The notes under the pieces: generated by a model
What the model was told of the DNA's origin: nothing
The model's database searches: none
The model's input: only the letters and a program-made list of their open reading frames with translations
Assembly (NCBI GenBank): GCA_951406725.2
Contig: OX597818.1
Span: forward strand, 106,144,001-106,208,000
DNA: 64,000 nucleotides
Direction: 5' to 3'
Source of the DNA: Octopus vulgaris
Lineage: Eukaryota
Program-made: the position numbers and the translations under genes
Shown here: in pieces, positions 49,608-63,488 of the stretch
Layout of the letters: each line of letters starts with the position of its first letter
Position numbering within the stretch: the first letter of the stretch is position 1

Positions 49608-51950
49608 AAGGCAATTAGAAGCATGAAGACAGGGAAAGCCCCAGGCCCATCAGGAATTACTGCAGTGATGCTCAAAATATCCGGCAGTGTCGGCTATAGC
49701 CTAGTCACCCGTATAGTTAACCAGGTGATACATGAAGGAGTCATACCCAATGACTGATGTAGCAGCATAATAGTCAACTGCTACAAAGGTAAAGGTGATG
49801 CCCTAGATATAAATAATTACAGAGGTATCAAGCTGTTAGATCAGGTAATGAAGGTTACAGAGAGGGTCATAGCCCAACTGATTAGGGAGAGAGTCAACTT
49901 GGATGAGATGCAGTTTGGTTTCGTGCCAGGGAAAAGCACCACTGATGCCATATTTCTGGTGAGACAGCTGCAGGAGAAATACTTAGCCAAAGATAAGCCC
50001 CTGTACCTGGCTTTCGTTGACATGGAGAAAGCCTTCGACAGGGTCCCCCGATCCCTTATCTGGTGGTCAATGAGGAAACTGGGGATAGATGAATGGCTGG
50101 TGAGAGCTGTGCAAGCCATGTACAGGGATGCTGTAAATAAGGTAAGGGTTAGCAACGTGTACACTGAAGAATTCAAGGCAGAGGTTGGGGTCCACCAGGG
50201 TTCAGTTCTCAGCCCCCTCCTATTTATCATAAGCGTCCAGGCAATAACGGAGGAATCCAAGACAGGATGCCTCTGGGAGCTCCTCTATGCTGACGACCTT
50301 GCTCTAATTGCTGATTCACTATCAGAACTGGAGGAGAAGTTTCAGGTGTGGAAACAAGAATTAGAATCAAAGGGCCTTAGAGTCAACCTAGCTAAAACCA
50401 AAGTCCTAATAAGTAGGAAGGTAGACAAACCACAAATGCCTTCAGGTAGATGGCTCTGCTCGATCTGTAGAAAAAGTGTAGGTAGAAACTCTATGAGATG
50501 TACCCAGTGTAAGCTATGGACACATAAGAGGTGCAGCAATGTCAAAGGAAGGCTAAATGGGAAGATAGTTTTTGTATGTGGTAGATGATCAGGAGCAATA
50601 AACACTGAAAATCTGCAGAAAACAACTTTCCAGGGGGAAAAACTAGAAGTAGTTGATAGCTTCCATTATCTAGGGGACCAAGTCAGTAGTGGGGGTGGGT
50701 GTGCTGAAAGTGTAACTGCTAGAGTAAGAATAGCCTGGGCAAAGTTCAGGGAGCTCTTACCTCTGCTGGTGACTAAAGGCCTCTCGCTCAGAGTAAAAGG
50801 CAGACTGTATGATGCATGTGTACGAACAGCCGTGCTACATGGCAGTGAAACATGGGCCATGACTGCTGAGGACATGCGTAAGCTCATGAGGAACGAAGCC
50901 AGTATGATCCGATGGATGTGTAATGTCAGTGTACATACTTGACAGAGTGTAAGTACCTTGAGAGAAATGTTGGACCTAAGAAGCATCAGCTGTGGTGTGC
51001 AAGAGAGACGATTGTGCTGGTATGGTCATGTGACGAGAATGGATGAAGATAGGTGTGTGAAAAAGTGCCAAACCCTAGCAGTTGAGGGAACCCGTGGAAG
51101 AGGTAGACTCAGGAAAACCTGGGACGAGGTGGAGAAGCACGACCTTCAAATTTTAGGCCTCACTGAGGCAATGACTAGTGACCGAGACCTTTGGAAATAT
51201 GCTCTGCATGAGAAGACCCGGCAGGACAAGTGAGTCCATCCCAGCCAGCCCACTTATGCATGCCTTTCCTCCCTTGGACACATGAAGACCTGTTGAGGCA
51301 AGCAAAGTCGAAATCGAACCTCATCCGATGACAGTTACCCATGTCAACCTCCCTTCATTGGACACTAAACTCTGCTTGCGAAGACCTGTCGGGGCAAGTG
51401 AAATCGGAATAGAAATTGAACCAATCCTATGACTGGCACCCGGCAGTTGCCAGGGCCGCTGGACTGGCTCTTGTGCAGGTGGCAAGTAAAGAAACACCGT
51501 TTCAACCTTGTGCTTGAGGAGATCCATTGAGTCAAGTACACCAACATCAAAACTCATTGGAAATTGTAGTTGTGATCCCTGTGCTGGTGGCACGTAAAAA
51601 GCACTATCTGAACGTGGCCGATACCAGCGCCGCCTAGACTGGCTTCCGTGCTGGTGGCACATAAAAAGCATCATCTGAACGTGGCCGATGCCAGCGCCGC
51701 CTTGACTGGCTTCCATGCTGGTGGCGCATAAAAAGCACCAATCCGATCGTGGCTGTTGCCAGCCTTACCTGGCATGTAAAAAGCACCCACTACACTCACA
51801 GAGTGGTTGGTGTTAGGAAGGGCATCCAGCTGTAGAAACACTGCCAGATCAGCCTGGAACCTTGGGCAGCCTTCTGGCTTCCCAGATCCCCGGTCGAACC
51901 GTCCAACCCATGCTAGCATGGAGAACGGACATTAAACGATGATGATGATG
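49608..51950 (+). mobile_element. RTE LINE, 5'-truncated (copy E)
   Basis: 246-aa RT ORF 49848-50588, composite 3'UTR, (GAT)n tail. Confidence 0.93.
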
Positions 51951-51967
51951 TATGTGTGCATATATAT

Positions 51968-52296
51968 GGTGAAGGTAACATGGCTCAGTGATTAGAGCAT
52001 CAGACTCACAATCATTAGGTAGTGAGTTTGATTCCCAGAATGGGCTGTGTGTTGTGTTCCAGAGCATTCATTTCATGTTACTCCAGTTCACACAGCTGTA
52101 GAAATGAATTGTGATGTCACTGGTGCCAAACTGTATCAGCCTTTCCCTTGGATAACTTCTGTGGCATGGAGAGGAGAAGCTGGTATGCATGGGTAACTGC
52201 TGGACATCCGTAAACAACCTTGCCTGGACTTCTACTTCAGAGGGGAACTTTCTGGGTGTAATCACATGGTCATTCATGACCAAATGAGGTTTTTAC

Positions 52297-52300
<4 letters not shown>
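51968..52300 (+). mobile_element. tRNA-derived SINE
   Basis: A-box tggctcagtgattaga, B-box gagtttgattccc; body shared with 10566-10787. Confidence 0.82.
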
Positions 52301-52337
<37 letters not shown>

Positions 52338-52856
52338 TAGATAGTTCATGACACCATCAATGAAGTATTGTGTATCATATTGTCACGAACAAGGATGTGT
52401 TGAACGTGTTTATTTTTGTATATTTGTGGAAATGACAGTTTCTACAGAATGCTTATGTTAAGAAAAAACAAACACTTCTGAGTTTGTTGTAGTTAGCCTA
52501 CATGTTGTTTGATAACTTCCTTTTGAAATTCTCCGAGGATATACTCAATTCACTGGTTTCAAATATGATTTTTATTTCTGAAATTAAAGAATTGTGTGTG
52601 GAGACAACTGTAGGTAGAAATTTCTATGTATGAATTTGAATGTTTTTAAATAAAAAAAAACAAAACATCTGTATGTAAATTTTTATCCATTTCTTCATTT
52701 TCTTACTTAAAAAGGTTTACTTAAATACCTATGTGTTTCGGTGATAAACTAATATACTTGGTTTTCTCTGAATTATGGTGTGAACCGGTGAACTAGGATG
52801 CTAGCATCCCTTAAGGGACTTTAGTTCCTTGACTAATTAAATGAAATTATATATGC

Positions 52857-53385
52857 AAGGTGTTCAGGCAAAATTTGGCAGCTTGCATAAAGGGAAAAGA
52901 AAACACATCTAAAAATAAAAGTATTTTAAATTAAAAAAATTACAACTAGATTATGAGTGGGAAATAACAGTTTACTCAAAGTAGTTGCTGTCAGTGTTCA
53001 CCATCGCGTCAAGACAGCTCTGGAACCTGGTACCTCATTGTGTTCCTACAAAGATCTTCAAACAACTCCTTGAACTTGACCCACCAGCTTGACCTTGATG
53101 TTGCAGTCAAAACAGTTGATGTTTTTCCCAAATGTGTTCTACACATAATAATCCATGGAATTACACTCGGGGGAAATTTGGAGGCCAGAAATCGGGGCTG
53201 ATGGAATTGTGGAAATTTGACTGACAACCACTCCTAACTTTTTCCATAGCAATGGCAGGGAATGAATCCTACTGCAACACATATGGTCTACCAGTAGCAA
53301 CCTTCTCCAGGCAGAGTTTCACTATAGTTTCCACCAACTTCATGTAGCCATCTGAATTGAGCCTAAGGCCCTTGTCCTGAATGTG
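52857..53385 (-). mobile_element. Tc1/mariner (maT-like) transposase 3' fragment
   Basis: GLRLNSDGYMKLVETIVK..GRPYVLQ*DS and FWPPNFP..MDYYV motifs. Confidence 0.75.
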
Positions 53386-54884
53386 TTGAATGAATTCTAG
53401 TATGTGGATACAGGCAGAATTCTTACGGTGTCCGTTCCTCCTGGCCACAGTTTTATAGTTTCCATTGCAGTTGTTTGTGTCATGTCTTACAATGTTTACA
53501 GTGTTCACAGAGCATTGAGCAGCAGTTTGAATTAACCAAATGTTGGTATTTGAACACCAGGCATGAATCATAAGATAGGTAACTCTTTTCTAATATTAAG
53601 ATGGCTTCCAGTCCTCTATCAGCTTTTTCTCAACTACAACTTTAATCTTTATGCTCTCCAATGCCATTGACTGTTGACCATCACACCAAGCTGTTCTTGG
53701 CAACATAAAAATCAAATTTAGCGTGAACATGCTTAGTATACAAGTACATTGTTGCATGTATGTTTGTATGTGTGTGTGTGTGTGTATGTATATATATATA
53801 TATATATATATAATGTACTGGGTGCATTTTATTGTGCCACTGGCATTAGAGAAGTTGACTTGAGGTCTAAAAAGTCCTATCTATCATGGTTTTTATTCTG
53901 AGTTACTAGTCTCCTTGATCAGATGCCCAGATTGTGGCTTCAAGCATAGACTGATGCCTGGCAAAATAGCAGCAGCTATGAATAAGGTATGTAGTTTGAA
54001 TGAAAGGAAAGGGATTTGCTAGTCAAAGCACTTTCAGTGCATTAACCTACATGAAAAGTTAATAAAGTTGTGTTTTTTGCCATTATAACGTCTATCTTAA
54101 ATCAACTTTCTAGATAGCTTGAATTGAGTCAAAAACAGAAAGAAATCGATGTTTCTCTGTCATCCCCAAAACTGACGTTTTTGAAGTCAAAAGGAAAATT
54201 GAAGAGAAACACAAAGACCCTTATGTATAAAAACTCCAGCAATGCCCTCCTCCAGCTCTTCCTTACCATCTTTGTTTCCATATGTTTTATAAGAGGATTG
54301 GCCTTCTCTCACATCAGTTGTGGAGAACCATTTGACAAGGAAGAAATTGAAATTCTCGGACATAACACAGATAACTGTGTGTGTTTGCATGTATACCAGC
54401 ATTGGCATAGTTTTAACTTTTGCCTGTTTCAGACAGAATACATTGTGGCACGTTTTCTATGGATGGATACCCTTCTTAATGCTAACCCTTAGCTGTTTCC
54501 AAGCAAGGTAATATTTCCTCATGGCCAGACATGTTTCCACAAAACATTGGAAAGGAATAATACAGTTTGCCTGACAGAAGTACCCTCTCTCTCTCCTCCT
54601 CTTCCTCTTTCTATATGTATGCATACAATGGGCTTCGATCTCACAAATTCATTCAGTAGGCTTTGGTTGAAAATACAAAAAGAACTGCCTGCATCTTATA
54701 CAAATAACTGTAAACCAATTATGTATATTTATTGGTTTACCAAAGAATCTCTACTTATGATAATTTTAAAGAATTGCATTTTCTGATTCAAAATCTTTTG
54801 CTTCTAATGAGCTTTTGGAATTAACAAACATAATGATTCATTACTGAAACAATAAATCTGGTAAAATATAAATAATGTACATTT

Positions 54885-55912
54885 CAATGGACATGTTGGA
54901 CAATGTGCAGGGGGCTTCCATGGCATACATGGAGGCTATGGTTTTGGTTCCCACAATGAGGAGGGAACCAGACTGCTGCAGTTCTACGATGCAAATGATC
55001 TTATGGTTTGCAATACCAACTTCAGGAAACCCGCCCGTCACCTAGTCACCTATCGTTCTGGCAGACACACTAGCCAAATTGACTATATCCTCACCAGAAA
55101 AAGGGAAAGAGGGCTGCTTATAAATGCCAAAACCTTCCCAGGCAAAGAATGTACCCCTCAACATAGATTAGTAGTTAGCAACTTCAGGATCAGGGCTGAA
55201 TGGATGCCCAGAAGAAGACCAGCCTGGAGGAGAAGGGTCTGGAAGCTTAAAGATCCTGTAAATGGGCAGAGATTTAGAGACGTATTACTCGAAGCTTTCG
55301 ATGAAATAGAAGGGGATATAGCATCACATAATGTGGAAGACAACTGGAGGTTTCTACGGAACAACCTGCTGAGAGCCACTGACCAGATCTGTGGATGGTG
55401 CAAAGTCCCCTCTCGACCCAAGGTAACGTGGTGGTGGAACAATGTGGTTGACAGGGCTATTAGACAAAAGAAACAGTTTTGGAAGGACTGGAAGAACAGA
55501 AGTAGCAGGGAATTGTATCAGACTGCCAGAATGGAAGCTAGGAGACAGGTTTATTTAACCAGAGGGGAAGCAGATAAGAAAAAATTTGCCAATGTTCTGC
55601 GCTGTGAGGACCAAAGACTTGAAGTATTTTGTGAGAGAGAATCGGGATGTCGTAGGAGAGAAATGTGTCCGTATGGATGATGGTTGACTTGCACTAAATG
55701 AAACTGCAAAGAGAGAGGTTTGGAGACGCCACTATGAAAGGTTGTTTAATAAAGAGAATGAATGGGAGAAAGAGAGTCTGCCAAATGTCGACCCAACAGA
55801 GGGACCAGCTATCCGAATTGACAGTACCTTGGTAGTTAAAGCAATCAAGAGTATGAAGGCAGGGAAAGCCTGGCTCATCAGGAATCACTGCAGAGATGCT
55901 CAAAATATCTGG
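54885..55912 (+). mobile_element. RTE LINE endonuclease/linker fragment (copy F)
   Basis: CNTNFRKP..VTYRSG..QIDYIL..PQHRLVV in ORF 55003-55680. Confidence 0.9.
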
Positions 55913-56129
55913 GTACCACAGAATCTACATATTACAAAGAAATATCACCTTCATTTACCAGTTGTTCCAGTTTGATGCAGCTTATCAAAAGAATAGGACC
56001 ATTCTTTTGTGACAAAATTGTGATATATCATTTACTTGAAATTGCTGTGACAATCTGTCATGTTAAACATTAAAGAAGTCTTTTAAAACTGTCAGCTAAC
56101 CCTCATACTACCATAGAAATGTAAGAGCC

Positions 56130-56300
56130 TACCTTGATGCAATTTAGCGTAACAGGTGAACTGGACAAAGAGGTTCTGTAGAACGATTTCCACATTCACC
56201 ATATCTGACACCATTAAGCTCTTTTTTTTGTTTTATAGGGATACTTAAAAGATAAAGTTTATGGTACAAAACCAGAGACAGTCCATTGAATGCAAAAGCA
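56130..56300 (+). mobile_element. Small Tc1/mariner transposase remnant
   Basis: FPHSPYLTPL..GYLKDKVYGTKPET resembles PRSPDLTPLDFFLWGYLK.KVY. Confidence 0.55.
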
Positions 56301-56613
56301 CACAAATACTGAACAAAATACTTTTTGGTGTTTATGATTTAGAACAATCATTGGTTTGGAAATGGATTCATAAAAAATTAAATTCTGTTTGTAGATTCAA
56401 TTGAATTTTGAAAATAATTCTTTCTTGTGGCAATAATTCTTTCTTGTGGCAACTTAAAATGAACTTTCGTGTCTGTGGTTGCTTCTGTAAACTGTAAACA
56501 TTAATATTAATTCATCAAATAACTTCCAAATTTGCAATCTAAAATAATAATCCCTTCCCTTGTTTTTGACCACATCTATGTATTTTGTACTGTTCACTAA
56601 AAAAATTTCCTTC

Positions 56614-56777
56614 TTGTCTGTACCTCTTGTACCTCTTGTTTCTTGTTGCAATGGCTATTTCTCTTTCAAGCTTAGGCCAAAGTCTGCCATCTTTGTCTGT
56701 ACCTCTTGTACCTCTTGTTTCTTGTTGCAATGGCTATTTCTCTTTCAAGCTTAGGCCAAAGCCTGCCATCTTTGTCC
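56614..56777. repeat. ~79-bp tandem duplication
   Basis: ttgtctgtacctcttgtacctcttgtttcttgttgcaatggc..gccatct occurs twice. Confidence 0.9.
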
Positions 56778-57269
56778 ATTTCTGGCTGTTGCTGCCACAC
56801 CTGTTTCAGACTTGCTGCCACACCTATCAGACTTGCGTTAGTTTATTCCATGTGTTTGGCTAATTGAGGACACTCAAAAATATGCACAGCTAAGCTAAGA
56901 ATTTCTCTTGTTTTTAATCACTTCATTTATTCAAACTCACCTATTCTCTAAAATAATTCTTTCTTGTTTGCTCTAACCCAACTATAACTCACCTTGTTTC
57001 TTGACTACATGTATATACATATTTCGTACTTTTCTCTAAAATAATTCTTTCTTGTTTGCTCTACCTCTTAAAATGACCTTTCATGTCAGTGGTTGTACCC
57101 ACCCTTTCCCACCCCCACTACCAATACTGGAAATCTCTTTCTCTTACCAAGCATCCAGTTCCCATTCTCCTCTTTTATTGGTAATCTTGTCACCCTCTCC
57201 TTTCTCTCCCAACCCCATCTAGTCTTGCAGACCCAAGCTGGTTTTGCAGACCCAAGCTGGTCTTGCAGA

Positions 57270-60200
57270 ATGGTATAGCTACAATATCTCTGCCTACACC
57301 CCACAAGCAGGCCTACAAAAATGAATAGAAGGATCCCTTTTATGATTTTCTTCTGCAGGCTACCTCAAAGACAAGTGACAATGATCTCATCTTTGTGGCT
57401 TGAGATTTTAATGGGCATGTCGGACAGTAACCTGGTATCTTCCATGGTGTACATGGAGGCTATGAAGTTTGTATCAGAAATGAAAAGGGAATGAGGCTCC
57501 TGGAGTTCTGTGATGCAAATAACCTATTGATCTGCAACACCAACTTCAGGAAGCCAGCTAGCCACCTGATAACCTATCAATCAGGTGACTTTGTTAGCCA
57601 GATTGATTTCATTCTCACCAGTTTGTGGGATGCATGGTTGCTCTTAAATACAAAGACCCTCCCTGGTGAAGAATGTACCCCCCAACAGACTAGTTATTAG
57701 TGACTTTAGATTTGAGGCCAGAAGGATGCCAAAAAGCAGACCAGTCTGGAAAAGGAGGATTTGGAAGCTTAAGAACCCTTCACATGGTCAGAGATTTAGG
57801 GATATCCTTACCAAGAAATTTGATGATTGGGAGGAGTAGCTACAATACTGTGACATAGAAGGCAACTGGGAATTCCTGTGAGACAGCTTGCTGAGTGCCA
57901 CAGACCAAATCTATGGCTGGTGCAAAGTCCCTTCCAGACCTAGGGTAACATGGTGCTGGAACAACACTGTAGACAGGGCCATTAGAACAAAGAAACAAGC
58001 TTGGAAGGTGTGGAAGAGTGGGGGTAGCAGGAGAATGTATCAGATAGTCAAAAGGGAAGCTAGGAGACAGGTATATATAGCCAAGGGAGTAGCAGAAAAG
58101 AAGTTTTCCAGTGTTCAGCGATGTGAAGACCAAAGAGGTGAAGTATTTCAGATTGCAAGACAGTGTGTGAGAGAAAACCACGATGTCATAGAGAAATGTG
58201 TCCGCATGGATGATGGTGCCCTTGTGTTTAATGATTCTGCAAAGAAAGAAGCTTGGAGATGCCATTATGAAAGACTGCTGAATGTGGAGAATGAATGGGA
58301 GGAGGAGAGTCTGCTAAATGTTGACCCAATTGAGGGACCAGCTACTCAAATTGACAGTACCCTAGTAGATAAAGCAATTAAGGATATGAAGACAGGGAAA
58401 GCGCCTGGCCCATCAGGAATCACTGCTGAGTTGCTTAAAATATCGGGCAGTGTGGGATATGGTCTTGTCACCTGTATCGTAAATCAGGTAGTTCATGAAG
58501 GAGTCATACCCAATGACTGGTGTAGCAGCACAATAGTTAACTGCTACAAGGGTAAAGGTGATGCTCTAGATAGAAATAACAATAAGGGTATCAAATTATT
58601 GGATCAGGTAATGAAAGTTACAGAGAAGGTCATAACCCAACTAATTAGGGAGAGAGTTAGACTAGATGAGATGCAGTTCAGTTTTGTGCCAGGCAGAAGC
58701 ATCACTGATGCTATATTTCTGGTAAGGCAACTGCAGAAGAAATACCTAGCCAAAGATAAACCTCTGTATTTGGCTTTTGTTGACTTGGAGAAAGCCTTTG
58801 ACAGGGTCCCCTGATCCCTTATCTGGTCAATGTGGAAACTAGGGATAGATGAGTGGTTGGTGAGAGCTGTACAAGCCCTGTACAGGGATGCTGTCAGTAA
58901 GGTGATGGTTGGCAACAAGCATAGGGAAGAATTCTGAGTAGAAATAGGGGTTCACCAAGGATCAGTCCTCAGCCCCCTCTTATTCATTATAGTCCTCCAG
59001 GCAATAACAGAGGAATTCAAGACAAGCTGCCCCTGGGAGCTCCTCTATGCTGATGACCTTGCCCTAATTGCTGATTCACTGCAAGAACTAGAGATGAAGT
59101 TTAGGGTGTGGAAGCAAGATATAGAATTGAAGAGCCTTAGGGTCAACCTAGGAAAAACCAAAGCCTTAGTAAGTAGGAAGGCTGTCAACCCACAATCCCC
59201 TTCAGGTAGATGGCCCTGCTTGATCTGTAGAAAAGGCAGGGGTAGAAACTCAATAAGATGTACCTGGTGTAAGCTATGGACACAAGAGAGGTGCAGCAAT
59301 ATCAAAGGAAGGTTAACCGGGAAAATAGTTTTTGTGTGTGGCAGCTGCACAGGGACAATAAACACTGAAGATGTACAGTAAACAGATTCCATCACATGCC
59401 AGAGGGAGAAACTAGAAGTAGTTAATAGCTTCTGCTACCTAGGCATACAAGTCTGTAGTGGGGGTGGTTGCTCTGAGAGAATAGCAGCTAGAATAAGAAT
59501 AGCCTGGGCAAAGTCCAGAGAGCTCCTACCTCTGCTGGCAACTAAGGGCCTCTTGCTCAGGATGAAAGGTAGACTGTATGATGCATGTGTATGAACTGCT
59601 ATGCTATGCGGCAGTCAGACATGGGTCATGACCGCTGAGGACATGCATAGACTTGAGAGAAATGAAGCTAATATGATCCACTGTTTAATTTCAGTGAGCA
59701 CACACGACAGAGTGTAAGCACCCTGAGAGAAAAGTTGAACATAAGAAGCATCAAAAGTGGTGTGCAAGAGAGATGACTGCTGGTATGGTCATGTGTTATG
59801 TATGGATGAGGATAGCTACTTAAGTACCATTCCCTAACTGTGGAAGGAACTTGTGGAAGAGGTAGACCCAGGATGAGGTGGTGAAGCATAACCTTCAAAC
59901 ATTGGGCCTCTCAGAGGCAATGACAGGAGACCGAGACCTTTGGAGATATGCTGAGATTGAGAAGGCCTAGCAACTAAAGTGAGATCACAGCCACACACGT
60001 CCAGCCCAGTTAAGAGTACCCCTGATACATCATGCAATATGATATGCTTGAGAAGACATGTTGAGTCAAGTAAAACCAATATTGTAGCTGTGGCCAGTGC
60101 CCCCTGACTGGCTCCCATGCCAGGCACGTAAAAAGCACTATCCAAACGTGGTCAATATCAGGTCCACCTGACTGGATCCCGTGCCGGTGTCATGTAAAAG

Positions 60201-60483
60201 GCACCATCTGAACGTGACCAATGCCAGTACTCCTTGACTGGCCCCTGTGTCAGTGGCACATAAAAAGCACTATCTGAACATGATTAATGCCAGGCTCGCT
60301 TGACTGGCTCCTGTGCCTGTGGTATGTAAAAAGTACTCACTACACTCTGAGTGGTCGGTGTTAGGAAGGGCATCTGGCTGTAGAAACATTGCCAGATTAG
60401 ATTAGAGCCTGGTGCAGCCACTGGCTCTCCAGACCCCAGTCAAATTGTCCCTTCCATGCCAGTATGGAAAACGGACATTAAAT
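57270..60483 (+). mobile_element. RTE LINE, longest copy (partial EN to 3' end), decayed (copy G)
   Basis: DFNGHVG, LEFCDAN, QIDFIL, 308-aa ORF 57888-58814, LYADD, 3'UTR repeats. Confidence 0.93.
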
Positions 60484-60511
60484 GTGTATGAACATTTTTT
60501 GAGACACCATT

Positions 60512-60605
<94 letters not shown>
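60512..60605. repeat. (TA)n(GA)n microsatellite
   Basis: Read directly. Confidence 0.97.
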
Positions 60606-60606
<1 letters not shown>

Positions 60607-61894
60607 AGTGGAAAGAGTAATCTAAATTATTCAGCTAGGGAAATGCTGCCATTAACATCCTCTCAACATTTCTCTACATACCTACACTATCTATCTTGAG
60701 TCTAGAGGGTTATTAAGCAAAATTTTATTCCTGTTTCTTGTGATGTTTGACACTTAGCATTCAGATTGCTCTGTCAAACACAATGCATATTCATTCATAT
60801 TGTTTTGCATTATCTTGTAGCTTCAGGATTTTAATGATGTGGCTGTTTATTTTTTAATATTGTAGGAGAGGTATGAAACGTCAGATCTGATTGGTATTGA
60901 GCATAAAACAGAATATTTGGGTTGTATATGGCCGGTTTAAATGACTGAAAGTACAACACCACAGACATAATGGGGTACCAGTTCGTGTATATAAGTCGTT
61001 GGCTTATACCACAAGGCTCTATCCCCACGTGTTGCCAAGATTTTGTCAGGCTGTTGAAGAGGCTCAGTTCTCTCTCTCAATCCTTTTCCCTTGTTTATAT
61101 CAAGTATGCCTTGAGACTTTTGTTATGCGGTAGCAAGTGCAGTTAAATAGCAGAACTCAACATTAAAACTTGTGTCAAAATATTTGGCTTGTCAAGAAAA
61201 TTACTGTTACACTACTGTAATTTTACACACACACAATCACAAGCCAAAAGGAAGACTATGTAATCATTTAACCTGCACAAATTAGCAACCAGATCACCCT
61301 CAAGTCAAAACCCTCCACTTTAAATAAGGATGGATGCATTATATAATGCAGTCCTAGAAATCTCTAGAATAATGAAATGGTCTTGACTGGATTGTTTTTG
61401 AAATGAGGTTTGCACAGAGATGGCCTTGCACTAAATGACAGCATGAGTAACACAACACAAAAGTCTTTTGTGTTTTAATTAGGTCACTTTCATCAAAGGT
61501 GAAGACTTTACTTCAGAATATACAAATATTTGCTAAGCAGAAATAGTTTCTTTTTATTATATATTTTTAGAATTTAAAAAAAAAAGACAAAAAATTTTTT
61601 TATTCCACCTCAGTTCCAACCAAACAACATCAACAACAACCATTAAAGCTAAAGTTAAAAGAACATTGAATTTGCCTATGAAATGTATGAAAATAGAAAG
61701 GCAGATATATAGTTCTGAACTGTGCTGTAATGGCTTCATACCAAATACTCAAAATAATCTGGACTTTACCAAAGTATTTTCGCTTTCCTTCATTTACAAA
61801 AGATAATCTCATGTATTCCCACATTTTGCCCGATGAAAAAGAGAATGAATGCTTGCTTCAGATTTATATTTATGTATTACAGGCACTATATTAA

Positions 61895-62126
61895 TGTGTG
61901 TATATGTATATATACATGTAATGTATGGAATATGTGTATATATACACACATATACAGTATATAAATATAAATGCTGATTGTGTGTGTGTATATATATATG
62001 TGTGCATATATATATATATATATATATGTGTGTTTATATATATATATATATATACATACATGTATGTATGCAGATTAGGTATATATACTTAAATATTATA
62101 TGAAAGTATATTTGTATGTATATATA

Positions 62127-62172
<46 letters not shown>

Positions 62173-62434
62173 CGTTATTTAAAAGCTGCAGAAATATAAC
62201 AAAAGCTGAATGTGTCCGCTGAATTTTTTTCTAGAGAACATTCTTTCTTTATAGTTTGATCATAGGTGATCTATTTCTAGCATATGGCTGTCCACGTAGT
62301 GGTTTTTAGCCCTTAAAATATACACATGTATTAGAATTTTCTCTGATTTTTCAGATTTTTGTATGCTAGGCTACTGGTTTTAAATTGATATTAATTAAAT
62401 TAATATTCAATTTATCTCCCTCATTATTTAAATG

Positions 62435-62473
<39 letters not shown>

Positions 62474-62826
62474 GTATGTATGTATGTGTGTATATATATG
62501 AAAGTATGTATGTGAATATATATATATGAAAGTATGTATGTGTATATATATATATGAAAGTATGCATGTATATATATATGAAAGTATGTATGTATGTATG
62601 TATATATATATATATATATGAAATGATATATGTATATGAAAGTATGTATGTATATATGTGTATGTAGGTATATATATATATATATGTATGTACATATATC
62701 TAATTAAATATATATATATACATACATACATATATATGCATATATATATATACACAGTCAGCATTTATATTTATATAATGAATATTTGTGTATATATTCA
62801 CATATTCCATACATTACATGTATATA

Positions 62827-62877
<51 letters not shown>

Positions 62878-62946
62878 TCAGCATTTATATTTATATAATG
62901 AATATTTGTGTATATATTCACATATTCCATACATTACATGTATATA

Positions 62947-62988
<42 letters not shown>

Positions 62989-63113
62989 TATACACATTCA
63001 TACATAAATAGATGCATACATATATTTATATATTTATATATATACACATGCATTCATATATATATATACATACATTCATATATATAAACATACATTCACA
63101 TACACATGCATAG

Positions 63114-63166
<53 letters not shown>

Positions 63167-63488
63167 GTATGTATATAATTTATGTATGTATATATATATT
63201 TATGTATATATGTAGATATATGTGTGTGTATATATGTATATATATATATATGAATGTATATATGTATGTATATATATATGTGTATGTATATATGTATATA
63301 TATATATAAATGTATATATGTGTGTATATATATATGTGTGTATGTATATATATATATATGTGTATGTATATATGTATATATATGTGTGTGCGTATATATA
63401 TGTGTGTGTGTGTATATATATATGTATATATATATGTGTTTGTATATATATGTATATACATGTGTGAGTATATATACGTATATATATA
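61895..63488. repeat. TA/TG/CA-rich microsatellite and minisatellite field
   Basis: Includes a tatatatgaaagtatg minisatellite (62465-62650) and a 120-bp-period duplication (62753/62873). Confidence 0.9.

Noticed and set aside
51968-52050. tRNA gene
   Set aside because: A and B boxes are present but there is no clean cloverleaf, and it continues into a SINE body (likewise at 34162).
53850-54300. Possible exon pair (donor aag|gtatgt near 53987, acceptor tttctag near 54113)
   Set aside because: Splicing gives an immediate stop in the ATG frame and there is no recognisable protein; support is too weak.
60750-60950. Possible piggyBac-type MITE
   Set aside because: Termini are too degraded to identify TIRs or a TTAA TSD.
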